DNA of 64,000 nt from Lama glama. Its lineage: Eukaryota. The notes under the pieces are model-generated. The model was not told the origin of the DNA and searched no databases. It saw only the letters and a program-made list of their open reading frames with translations. Each line of letters begins with the position of its first letter. The stretch's first letter is position 1. Positions 39,101-50,392 of this stretch are shown here, one piece after another. Location: assembly GCA_028534125.1 (NCBI GenBank), contig CM052817.1:3226001-3290000 (forward strand), written 5' to 3'. A program made the position numbers and the translations under genes.

Positions 39101-39751
39101 TCTGATGAAGATGCAGCCCACAGCCTTAATCCCAAAGGCAGGGCAAACCTCTCGCCTCTCCACTTGCCTGGGAGGAGGGTGGGAGTTCCCGTCTTGGGGG
39201 CAGGTCAGGAAGCTGCTGTAAACAGTCCTTCTTCAGGGACTAGTTGTTCATTTTTGAAATCATGTCCCCTCGGTAGCCCCTGCTGTGCCCCACCTCTGAG
39301 CTCATGGCAGTGAACAAATAAGCCATCAGAGTGACATGAAGAGGAGCCTCAGAGGAGGGACATCAGTTCCCAAAGCCAGCGGGTGCACTGCAACACGTCC
39401 GAGGGGCCAAGGGTTGCTTTCCAAGGTCAGCCCTGTGACTAAGGGTGGGGACACGTGAACTTGCTAATACGACTCACCCAAAGTGAGCCAGAACACTGCC
39501 AGGAAGTTGGGGTGTTCCCTCTTAGTTACTGGAATCATTTGCTTCTTCGTTCTAGAACACTCTCTGGAACCACTGCCATGGCCCTGGGTTCCCTACTACA
39601 AAGCTCTGTGCAGCCTGCACTGCGGAAACCAGCACAGGGTGAGGCGGAGCAGGGCCAGTTCCCGTCCCCACTCAGACCGCCTCCTCATCTCCCTGAGACC
39701 TGGCCTCCCCATCTGTGAAGTGGAAACACCGCCACCCAGAACCAACAACAC

Positions 39752-40155
39752 TGTGCGTGATGTGCCCAGATTCCTACGTCGGAGTTCTAACGCGCAGCAT
39801 CTCGGAACATAACCTCGTGTGGAGACAGGGTCTTCACAGGGGGAGCCAAGTCCAAGAGAAGTAATTCAGGCGGACCCTGACCCAACACGACTGGTGTCCT
39901 TATAAAAAGAGGCAATTCGGACACAGACAGGCACACGGGGCGAAGGCCACGTGACAGTGGAGGCAGAGATCGGGGTGGTTCTTCTAGAAGCCGAGGAACG
40001 GTGAAGGGTGCCAGCCACCCCCGGGAGCTGGGAGAGGCAGGAAGGACCGTCCCCGGCAGCCCCAGGGGCAGCGCGGCCCTGCCCGCACCTTGGTTTTGGA
40101 TTTCCGGCCTCAGGGCCGAGAGAAGACGTCTCCGCAGCTTGAGCTCCCGGTCCGG
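39752..40155 (+). mobile_element. MaLR LTR, MLT1B/C-like, unusually CpG-rich
   Basis: ggagacagggtcttcacagg, gactggtgtccttataaaaagagg, ggccacgtgacagtggaggcagagatcgggg. Confidence 0.85.
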
Positions 40156-41229
40156 TGGTCTGTCACAGCGAACAACACGGCAGGCCCGCGGGCGGCCGCC
40201 CCCTCCTCCCCCCTCCTCCCGCGCTCTCTCCTGCCGCCCTCTTCCCTCCCTGCCCTGACGCGCCTGTGTGCCCGGCAGCACTGCAGGGGCGGGGGACCTC
40301 GGCCAACACGACCGACACAGGGACGTGATAAACGCTCCAGTCACTGGCTGGCTGTGCGGTCACCCTCCTCGGGGACTAGAGTCCGGGGAGCTCCGGGTTT
40401 GAGGAGGAAGGTGAGAGAGACACGGTGGGACCCGCTGGCCAGGAAAAAGACTTCGCTGAAAGGGTGGCCGTCCTCGCCTCGAGAAAGAGACAGAAAAGGG
40501 AGGTTCCACCTCGGAACGGAGTTGCTGGTGACGAGATCCAGGAGTCCAGGCCCAGGTCCCTGAGACCTGGCCCTGCAGCCTGGGCCAGGCGGAGGGAGAG
40601 GGCTGAGGTCTGGGGCTGGAAGCCCAGGGGCCCGGCTCAGCATGGACCCCTGCGTGGCACAGGAGCCGGCGGTCTCCATGGGCAGCGGGACATGGAGAGC
40701 TCCTCCCGGTTCACGCCCCGAACCCCACCCACACTTGGGATTCGTGACCCCCGAGCCTTTGCCCGGGCTGCTCCTGGCCGCCCTGGCTGGTCCAGCACCT
40801 GCCTTCTTTGCTTTCACGCTCCCCTAAGTGGCTCTGCGTGAGGATGCCCCTCTGCGTCTGTCTGGGCTTTCCTTCTCTGACCTTCAGGCGGCCACATCAC
40901 CACTCCCGGTCCCCACGTTGTTACAGACCAGCGCCCTCACAGAGCTACCATTCCAGGAGGTCCCTGTTTCTCTTGGTGACACACAAGCCCTTTTCAACTC
41001 TGACTGCCAGGGACCCACTCAGTCCCCTTGCGTGGGCAGGGTGGGGCAACACTGATGGGGATAGAATCTGTTCTAGCTGGGGGTGGGGGCAGGGGAGGGG
41101 TCGACCTGTCCCTGGATGGGGGCTTCCACAGATGCCAACCTTCCATGAGTGTCTCTCTCAGGGACCCCCACCCCAGGCTCTAGGCACCCATTGGCGGGAG
41201 CTGCCTCAGAGGCTGCGGGCTTGGGCAGG

Positions 41230-41330
41230 GGTGTGAGTCGCAGCCCTGTCACTTTCTAGGTGTGTGGCTTTGGGCCGGTCACTTCAACTCTCTGAGCCCT
41301 GGCTGCCTCATCTGAACAGTGAGGAGGGGA
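41230..41330 (+). mobile_element. MIR SINE fragment
   Basis: tgtgtggctttgggccggtcacttcaactctctgagcc...cctcatctg. Confidence 0.7.
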
Positions 41331-42962
41331 GGGGACTAGGGAAGCACCACCAACAGCATGAAGCCGCATACGCCTGGGCACCCATCCTCAGGAGGACCCC
41401 AGGGAGGGCCCTGCACGTGGCACGTGGCACCTGGCTTGTTGCCACGGGGCAGACAGCTCAGAGGCAGGGAGGTAATGGGCGCTGGAGCTTCCCAGGGGGG
41501 AACCGCCATCCGTGGTCTCCCCAGTGTGGCAGAGTCTCCCTCCTCGGGCCGCTGCCCATGACAGGGTCTAATTCGGTCTAATCACTCAGAGGATGCTTGG
41601 CGAGACCAAGTGAGGGCTCTGCCAACAGTCCCCCTGGTTTCTGACAGGCTGGCACTTTCGCAGGGGACTCCGGTGATGGGGCTGGGTCCTCACTCACCAG
41701 GCAGCTGTGCAGTGCCTCCTTCCCGCTAAAGACGGCTCCCCGCTCCAGAGACACAGGAGTGAAAAAAATCATTGTTGTTACCATTCAAAGGTAACACAGC
41801 CACCAGAGCAGAAGGAATGTTTTGAGGGAAGGCATTTGCTGAGCGCCAACTCTGCTTAAGGATGCACGCCGGGCAGTGTCACGTTTAATCATCTCTATTC
41901 ATCCTCGGACCGCCCCCAAAAGGGGAAGACAAGTCTCCATTTCACTGATGGGCAAACGGTTACGAGACTTGCCCAGACCCCCTAGCCCCACCTGGTGGGT
42001 GCAGCCCCACAGCCCCCCGTCCCGTGCCAGGATGAGGCCTGGTGACCAGGCCCTCAGGGAAGCAGAGGGACCTGGTCCTCGCCGTCCTCACCGTCCTCGC
42101 CGAGACGCGGCCTTCGCGCTTAAGCCGCTGCCTGGCACGGCCTCCTTGGCGGGTTTGTGCGAACGCGAAAACGCCCGGCTTGGAGGGAAAAACGCAAAGG
42201 TGAAGCACGTTATCAAATAAGTTAAGCTGACGTCTTATGCTGCATAAAGTCATTTCTAACAAGCACCATTTCACTGGAATTAGGTTGTTTGCATTTTAGC
42301 CAAATTGTCGAAAGCAACAAAGCCCTCTGCATTGACAACGGTCTAAAAAAAATGACTAGAGCGTTCTGGATCCTAGGACACGTAAGCGCACACCAGGCAA
42401 ACAATGTGTGCTCACGGGGGGAGGGAGCAAACTGGCTCTGTGTTAACCGGAACTTACAGCACTGAGCTTCCCAGCCAGCTGTGTGTTAGAGGTAGAGAGT
42501 CCCCCGTCAGTGGGAGTATGTAAGCAGAGACGGGTGGCATCAAGGAGGGGGCTGGGGTTGGGGAAACAGTCCCCCCCAAAGACTTTGCAGACGGAACTGG
42601 GCCAGTCCCAGCCACCTCCCACCTCCCGGACCCCCCTGTTGTACCAGCCATTGCACCATGCTTGCCCTGGACAGGTCACTTACGCCCCTGAGGCTCGGTT
42701 TTCTTGTTAGTAAAGTGGAAGTAAAGGACGAAGGTTTCTAGAGGGACGGCTGTCCATGATGCTGACTGCTGTGCTCCCAGTCCTAAGGGCAGGCCTGGCC
42801 GGTGGTGGCACACGTCACTGTTTGCACAGTCCCGAGTAGTGGAAATGAGAAGGAGCCGTGCACGTGGAGCTTGGCCTCATGGGGCCCCACCCTGACATCC
42901 CCTCCCTCACCCCCTCTGTCATGCAGAAGGGAGGACAGCATCCGTGGCTCCTGTGACTCCAC

Positions 42963-43620
42963 CAGAGGTTGGCACATCACCATCTGCTGGATGAATCTTG
43001 CCCGCAGCCAGTTTCTGTACAGCTGGGGAACTAAGAATTCTTTTCACATTTTTAAAGGTTTGTGTGTTGGGTTGACTAGTGTTCCCGCAATTCGCATTCT
43101 TTCCGTAACCTCATGATGGGACCTTATTTGAAATCAAGGTCTTTGCAGACGTGATGAGTTAAGATGTGGTCGTGCTCCAATAGGCTGAGCCCTAAATCCA
43201 GTGACCGCGTCCTTCTAAGAAGAGGCAGACTGGGAAACAGAGGAGAAGGCCGCGTGGTGACAGAGCAGAGACTGGAGGGACGTGGCCACGAGCCAAGGTC
43301 CGCTGACACCACCAGCAGCTGGAAGAGGCAGAGAAGGGTCCTTCCCTACAGTGTCTGGAGGGAGCCCAGCCCTGGCAATGCCTTGATTCCAGACTCCAGG
43401 CCTCTGGAACAGCGCAAGAATTAATTTCCTTTGTTTTATGGCACCTGGTTTGTGGTATTTAGTTACGTGGTCTTTTGTCACAGCAGCCACACAAAAAATA
43501 CAGGTTATATATTAAAACAATATAAATCAAAACAAAAACAAAGAAAATATGCAACAGAAACAGTAGGTGGCCCACAAAGTCATTCCTGTCTGGACCTTCA
43601 CAGAAGTTTGCCCACCCCCG
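42963..43620 (+). mobile_element. MER58C-like hAT element split by an MLT1 insertion
   Basis: Termini cagaggttggcaca / agtttgcccaccccc; interior ctaagaattcttttcacatttttaaaggtt and aatatgcaacagaaacagtaggtggcccacaaag. Confidence 0.75.
43061..43502 (+). mobile_element. MaLR LTR, MLT1C-like, nested in MER58
   Basis: TG...AATACA termini; gaccttatttgaaatcaaggtctttgcagacgtgatgagttaagatg, ccctaaatccagtgacc; GGTT on both flanks. Confidence 0.85.
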
Positions 43621-45209
43621 TTTTTGAGTAAAACCAAGCTCGCTGTCACTACCACAGCCTCAGAGCTCCCTGTCCTCCCAGCGCCATCCCAGGCCATCTC
43701 CTCCTCTCTGCACCCATCTCTCTGGCCCCAGGGCCTTTGCACATGCTATTATTGATCACAGTTTTCATACACCACTTTCTCAGAGCAGCCCTCTCTCCCC
43801 AGCAGCTCCCAAACTGGGTCAAGTGCTTTGCTCTGCACTTTCGGAGGACTGTGACCTCTTCTTCTAACATGATCATGAGGTAATTAAGTACAATTAACAG
43901 TGAGTGATGATTAGTTAATATTGATGGTTAATTGCAACGGATCAGGCAATTACTCAGTCAAGGCCTGCTCCCGTGCTAGGCTTCAGCTCCACGGGGAAGG
44001 AGCTAAATCACCAGTGCTCTCCACAGTGCCCTGTGTAGATCAAGTAAGTCCTCTAGAAATAGTTGTGGAAGGAAGGGAGGGGGCCAGGGGGCTCTGTGTC
44101 TGCAGACCTCTCTTCTACCTGGCTGGAGACCCACCCAGGCCTCAGATTCAGGGGCTCCCAGGCCCCAGTGGCTCTGTGTGACTGTGCAGAACAGCATGGG
44201 TTGGAACGAAGTGACAGAGGCCCCCACTCTGGTCTAGGTTCCACTGGGCCCCCATCACCAAAGAGGAACTGCTGTGGGGGCCCAGGAGGAAACGTCTCCT
44301 GGACACCAGCTGTCGTTCTGGGAGACGCGTCTTGAATCCCCCTGGCCCGGGCAAGGGTGGGGGTGTTGGCGGGATGTCGCTAAACCTGCCTGAGGCAATC
44401 CAGGAAGGCTCTGGGGAGGAAGTGACATTCAGGTTGTTCACTAGGTAGGCTGGGGAGAAGGCTAGAAATAGACACAGAATCAAGGTCTGGGTTCCAGCCT
44501 AGGCACCTGTCCCACCACCCATTAATTGCTGTGCCCCAAACGGCAGCCACTTACCAGACATCTCCACCTCCATCTCGCTTGGCAAACCTCAATTTCTCTA
44601 ACTCCCAAGGCTGCATTTTACACCATCCCAGCCTCTGTCAATAGGGTAACAAGTGTCTAACTCCCAGAGACTATCAACACGTTAGTGAGGACTCAGTACT
44701 GGTCCTAAAAGGACCAATATTCAAAGAATGAAATGCCACACCAGTATTTCTCCCATCTGCAGCAGGCTTGTGGAAGAGCGTGCAACAGTGTGAGGGGTTC
44801 AGTAGCGGAGCGACCTTGGCAGCCCAGCTGCGCACGCCCAGCACCCTCACCGCATCCTCTTCTACCTCTGAACCTGGCTATGCCAGGGCGGGGGCAGGGA
44901 GAGCCCTGGGGTTTTCTCGGTGCCCGCTGTGTGCCCGGCACCACCTCAGACACTGGACGCGAATTCTCTCCTTCACGCGTTCCATCCCAGGGACTCACAG
45001 AATAAGCACTGAAACCACCTCTTTAAAGGTGGGGACGGACCGAGTCACCTGCCTGGGGCTGTCGGGGAAAAGACGCACAGCTCCCCATCTGCCCAACAGC
45101 AGGGTCTGCCTCCTCTCTGCCCACGACCACCTGCCTCCAGCCAAAGAATTCCTCAGACATTGCCTTTCAGGTGAAGACCAATTCCTCACTCCCCCTTCCA
45201 TCCCCCCCC

Positions 45210-45709
45210 NNNNNNNNNNNNNNNNNNNNNNNNNNNNNNNNNNNNNNNNNNNNNNNNNNNNNNNNNNNNNNNNNNNNNNNNNNNNNNNNNNNNNNNNNNN
45301 NNNNNNNNNNNNNNNNNNNNNNNNNNNNNNNNNNNNNNNNNNNNNNNNNNNNNNNNNNNNNNNNNNNNNNNNNNNNNNNNNNNNNNNNNNNNNNNNNNNN
45401 NNNNNNNNNNNNNNNNNNNNNNNNNNNNNNNNNNNNNNNNNNNNNNNNNNNNNNNNNNNNNNNNNNNNNNNNNNNNNNNNNNNNNNNNNNNNNNNNNNNN
45501 NNNNNNNNNNNNNNNNNNNNNNNNNNNNNNNNNNNNNNNNNNNNNNNNNNNNNNNNNNNNNNNNNNNNNNNNNNNNNNNNNNNNNNNNNNNNNNNNNNNN
45601 NNNNNNNNNNNNNNNNNNNNNNNNNNNNNNNNNNNNNNNNNNNNNNNNNNNNNNNNNNNNNNNNNNNNNNNNNNNNNNNNNNNNNNNNNNNNNNNNNNNN
45701 NNNNNNNNN
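45210..45709. other. Assembly gap (500 N)
   Basis: Run of N after a poly-C tract; the round size suggests a placeholder length. Confidence 0.99.
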
Positions 45710-45961
45710 AGCTTGTAAGTTTAATTAGGTCCCATTTGTTTATTCTTGCTTTTATTTCTATTGCTTGGGTAGACTGTCCTAGGAGAACATTTTTGAGATG
45801 TATGTCAGATAATGTTTTGCCTGTATTTCCTTCTAGGAGGTTTATTGTATCTTGTCTTATGTTTAAGACTTTGATCCATTTTGAGTTTATTTTTGTGTAT
45901 GGTGTAAGGGAGTGTTCTAGCTTCATTGCTTTATATGTGTTCTAGCTTCATTGATTTACAT
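45710..45961 (-). mobile_element. Inverted L1 ORF2 segment
   Basis: Minus-strand translation MKLEHSLTPYTKINSKWIKVLNIRQDTINLLEGNTGKTL...INKWDLIKLTS is L1 ORF2 C-terminal region; it runs into the gap. Confidence 0.92.
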
Positions 45962-45982
45962 ACTGGTGTGAGGTGATACCAG

Positions 45983-46788
45983 TCACACCAGTCAGAATGG
46001 CCATCATTCAAAAGTCCACAAATGACAAATGCTGCAGAGGCTGTGGATAAAAGGGAACATTGCTGGTGGGAATTCAGTTTGGTGCAGCCACTGTGGAAAA
46101 CAGTATAGAGATTCCTCAAAAGACTAGGAATAGACTTACCATATGATATGACCCAGGAATCCCACTCCTGGGCATATATCCAGAAGGAACCCTACTTCAA
46201 AAAGACACCTGCACCCCAGTGTTCATAGTGGCACTATTTACAACAGCCAAGACATGGAAACAGCCTAAATGTCCATCAACAGATGACTGGTTAAAGAAGA
46301 TGTGGTATATTTATACAATGGAATACTATTCAGCCATAAAAACCGACAACATAACGTCATTTGCAGCAACATGGATGTCCCTGGAGAATGTCATTCTAAG
46401 TGAAGTAAGCCAGAAAGAGAAAGAAAAATACCATATGAGATTGCTAATATGTGGAATCTTAAAAAACAAATGAACATAAATACAGAACAGAAACAGACTC
46501 ATAGACATAGAATATAAACTTGTGGTTGCCAAGGGGGCAGGGGTGGGAAGGGACAGACTGGGATTTCAAAATTTGTAGATACTGACAGGCATATGTAGAA
46601 TAGATAAAGAAGACTATACTGTATAGCACAAGGAAATATATACAAGATCTTGTGGTAGCTCACAGCAAAAAAAAATGTGATGATGAATATATGTGTGTTC
46701 ACGTATAACTGAAAAATTGTGCTCTACCCTGGAATTTGACACAACATTGTAAAATGACTATAACTCAATAAAAAATGTTTAAAAAAAA
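45983..46788 (+). mobile_element. Young L1 3' end (end of ORF2, 3' UTR, poly-A), probably camelid lineage
   Basis: Encodes FIVALFTTAKTWKQPKCPSTDDWLKKMWYIYTMEYYSAIK...; ends gactataactcAATAAAaaatgtttaaaaaaaa. Confidence 0.93.
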
Positions 46789-48609
46789 CTTATGGTTTTC
46801 CAATTAGCAAAAGAAGAAATGAAGTGGTGCCTCCTGACTTCCTTCAGTGTCTGGAAAGGAGTCTGATAGCTTCTCCTCCCCCCTTCCTCTTCCTCCTCCC
46901 CGTCTCCAAAATCACAGTCTTTATTAGTATTAACCAGATTTTGAATGATAGCTTTTCCTTTCCAAAAAATATATTTTTGACATGTGCATTTGGTTTCTAT
47001 CCATTTTTATGGCCACAACTATTTAAGCCGAACCTGGTGTTCACCTGACCTCAGTTCTCCTCCCCGTTTCCATGCCAGACCCTTCTGCCTTCAACAGCCC
47101 TGAGCTTAAACCATCTCTGCACTACCGGAATATTTTTTCAAGGCATTTTCCTCTCAAGACAGGTGTCTGGCCATCTGCAGATGCCCCTGTACCCCTTAAA
47201 CCTACAAATGACCCCTGACTGGGGCTAAAATTCTGAGGTCATAGCTTTTCCAAACTTACCTGAACACCCCGAAACCCACTGTGTTCATTTGAAATTTAAT
47301 ACTGAAGACATGTCTGTAATGGCTTTATAAATTTTTTTTTCTTTTTGGGGAAGAATCATAAGTCATTTTTCACCTTGTAATTAAAGAACACAATTCAGAA
47401 TGGGAGGTAGGCTTACCAAGGGTGTTTATTTCCTCATGGAAGCACTCGCCCACTGCCCCCACCTCACCCCATCTTTGATCTCTCCTTCTCTGGAACGCTC
47501 CAGATTCTTTTCTGGAAATGCCTGTGGGTCTCACGGGGACCCTCTGGCTCCTTCCGGGTCTGGCATCTTCCCTCTTACTGCTGTCCTTTTGTCTGGAGCA
47601 TCTTCCTCTGTGAGCACTTGCAGACTTCATCCTCATCCCTGGTCGGTCTCCCCCGTGGTATCCCTGCTGTGCTCTCCTGCTTCTGAAGTGTCTCTAGCCC
47701 ATCGCTGAATTTCGGTGGTCTTACAAGCCTTCCTTAACCCACCTTGCTCCCTTATCTTCTCCTCCAAATTTCATTGCTGTCCTTCCTGCTAACCTTCTGT
47801 CCTCCACCCACACCAACTGTACCTCTCCAGGGACCGTACACCGCAGGATGTCATCTCCCCACACCCACTCCGTTTCACAGGCGGTGCGAATACGGGGGTC
47901 TGGGGCGTAGGGATGGGGAGGTGGGGCCAGGCGGAGATGCTCACCCAGCTGGGATCTCATGGAGAGCTTCCCGGCTCCTTGCAGGAGGGCAGTGCTGTTC
48001 TGGCTCATGAGATTCCCACTAAGCGGAAGCTCCTGGTTCCTCACATGGTGTCTGTTTCTGGCAGTTTATTGAGGCTCCACCTTCACGGTCAGTTTAGAAG
48101 GAACTTGAGGAAGCCTGGGGGAGGGGCTGATGCTGTTTTGCCCAAGAAGTCAGTGCCGTGGGCTAGAGAAGCCCCGGGCCTTCATCACAGGATCACCCTC
48201 TGGGCCTCGGTGAGAGTGCCGGTGCTCGGAGCGGGTAGGGCAAGGCGCCTTCCCGGGGGTCTCTGCCGTCTGCGCCATGGGGGCCAGGAACCCCAGTGAC
48301 TGCTGAGGACTCTGAGAAACGCCCCTGCCCGCTTCAGGGGCTCCTCCCTCCAGGGGAGAAAAGCTATTTATTTTCCTACCTGTGAGGGAGATGGCCCCAT
48401 TCTGCCAGAGGTATAGCAGGACTTTGGAGGACATATAATGGCTAATTTATGTGGGACAAATAACTATTTAATTGCGCTCTAATTACATGATAATTAGAAT
48501 TCACGTCGCAGTGGCATCCTCAGGTGTCTGTCTGTGGGCTGCGCGGAGCCGTGACTGCGCCTGCGGCCATTAAGAACGCCAGGCTGTGTGGAGCAGGCAG
48601 CGCTGACGT

Positions 48610-48679
48610 TACACAGCATAACCACCCGTGTAATTACTCTCTTACACCCGAGTAATTACACGGCGGGGTTATTTGTGTA
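48610..48679. repeat. Inverted repeat / hairpin
   Basis: CCGTGTAATTACTC (48626-48639) is the exact reverse complement of GAGTAATTACACGG (48650-48663); outer pairs ATAACC/GGTTAT and TACACA/TGTGTA. Confidence 0.92.
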
Positions 48680-49939
48680 TTACAGTTTATTCACATACCT
48701 AATCACAGTCTCCTTTCACAAACCGGGACCCGGCCCAGAAGGCGCTGATCAATTTTGTTAAATAACATAAATGTCATCTGATGAAAAGCTCTCACACGGA
48801 GCGGCGACCAAGGTCTGGGGCGGGGGGGGGGGGCAAGGAGCCCACGCCTGACACCGAGTTCACGGCCGCAAGCCCACCGGCCGGGCCGTGAGACACGGAC
48901 AGCAGGGCGCCGCAGTCGGCCCCGTGCCCGCTTGGGTGGGCTCTTTGCTGCCACGTGGGGCCATAGTCTCTGCTCGGGGTCTCCCTGCAGGTCGCAGCCC
49001 TCGGCCACCTGACCAAGCACACGTGCCGCACCCTCGCTAAGACTACCCGTTTCCTCGTCTATCGGTCCTACTGGACTGTGATCTCACCACAGCAGGACCC
49101 TGGGAGGGTCCTTATTTTTATCCATGGTACACAGGACTGAATTCCGAGCCGGGGTAGAGGGCCACTGTGCACCCGCCAAGCCAGGCTGGAAGGACAGGAC
49201 CCACCCCCAGCCACCCCCACATGGAGCTCTGGCCCAAGAATCCCATTTATAAAAGCAGTCCCTTCTCAGGGTGGGAAGGGGAGGAGGATGGGCTGAGAGA
49301 TTCCGACCAGCGATACCAAAGTTATTTTCCCTTGAGAATTTCCATCACCTTCGTTACAGCTCCATCCAGTGCACCTTGCACGTCAAGGTAAAGGCAATCA
49401 ACAGGGTGACCAGAACCTCAGGAACAGAGTAGCCGGAAAGAGGGGACAAGTCACGGGCAGTCGCCACACCCGTTAGTGCAACCAACAAGGCGCAGCCATG
49501 AACCAGGCGCCCCGGGCGGAAAACAAAGGCTGGGACACCAGCTGGGTAGCAGCCTGACCCGCAGCAGCCCCACCCCCACGCTGGGGCCCTCTCCCGTCCA
49601 GGCCTGAGCACGGGTGACCGCTGGCGGCAGCCTGGGGAGCGCTGGTCGCAGGGCCCTGTTTACCTGGCGCATGCGCTCTCCCCAGGCTGCAGCGGGGAGG
49701 GCCACTGCAGAGACGGTGAGCAGCCAGAGTGGGACAGAGCTTAGAACTTTGCAAGGTGTCGTCAAGGATGGTGGGGCTCCGGTCTGCAGTGTTTGCCTTT
49801 CAGAAGGGAGTTTCTGGGGCCACAGCCCAGCAAGGCCTGGTATGGAGAAGCGGGGGAGGGAGGTGACACTGGTTGGGAACCTGTTGTGGGGTGTCTCTCT
49901 CTCCACCAAAATGCTAGGGAAGGTGACAGCAGGTGCTGG

Positions 49940-50392
49940 CAGCCCGTGATGTTTCCTATAACAAAGCACCACAAATTTGGTGGCTTCGAACCATCCTGAT
50001 GTGGTATCTTACTGTTCTGGAATCCGATGTCTGAAATGAGGCTTATGTGGCTAAAATCAAAGTGTCAGTGGGGCGGGTTCCTTCTGGAGGTTCCAGGGGG
50101 AATCTGTGTCCTTTCTTCTCCAGCTTCTAGAGGCACCCATGTTTCTTGGCTTGTGGCCCCTCCCCTGTGTTCAAGCCAGCAGCACAGTCTTCAATCTCTC
50201 TCTCACCTGGACCCTCCCACCTCCCTCTAATCAGGACCTTCTTATCACATAGGGTTCGCCTGGATTATCCAGATCATCTCCCAGCTCAAGATCCTTAACC
50301 TAATTCCATCCGCAAAGTCCCTGTTCCCCTTCATGGTAACACTCACAGTTAGGAAGGGGACATCTCGGCGGGGGCATTATTCAGCCCCCCAC
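49940..50392 (-). mobile_element. MaLR LTR, MLT1D-like
   Basis: taacaaagcaccacaaatttggtggctt, ggctaaaatcaaagtgtcag, ctccagcttctagaggc, tcaagatccttaac, cattattcagccccccaca. Confidence 0.85.

Noticed and set aside
38709..39221. 170-aa poly-His/poly-Ser ORF and the opposite-strand Asp/Gly-rich ORF
   Set aside because: Both are translations of a triplet repeat that lacks stops; no gene context.
44768..45926. ORFs spanning the N run
   Set aside because: Lengths are gap artefacts; only the L1 ORF2 fragment is real and it is a truncated retrocopy.
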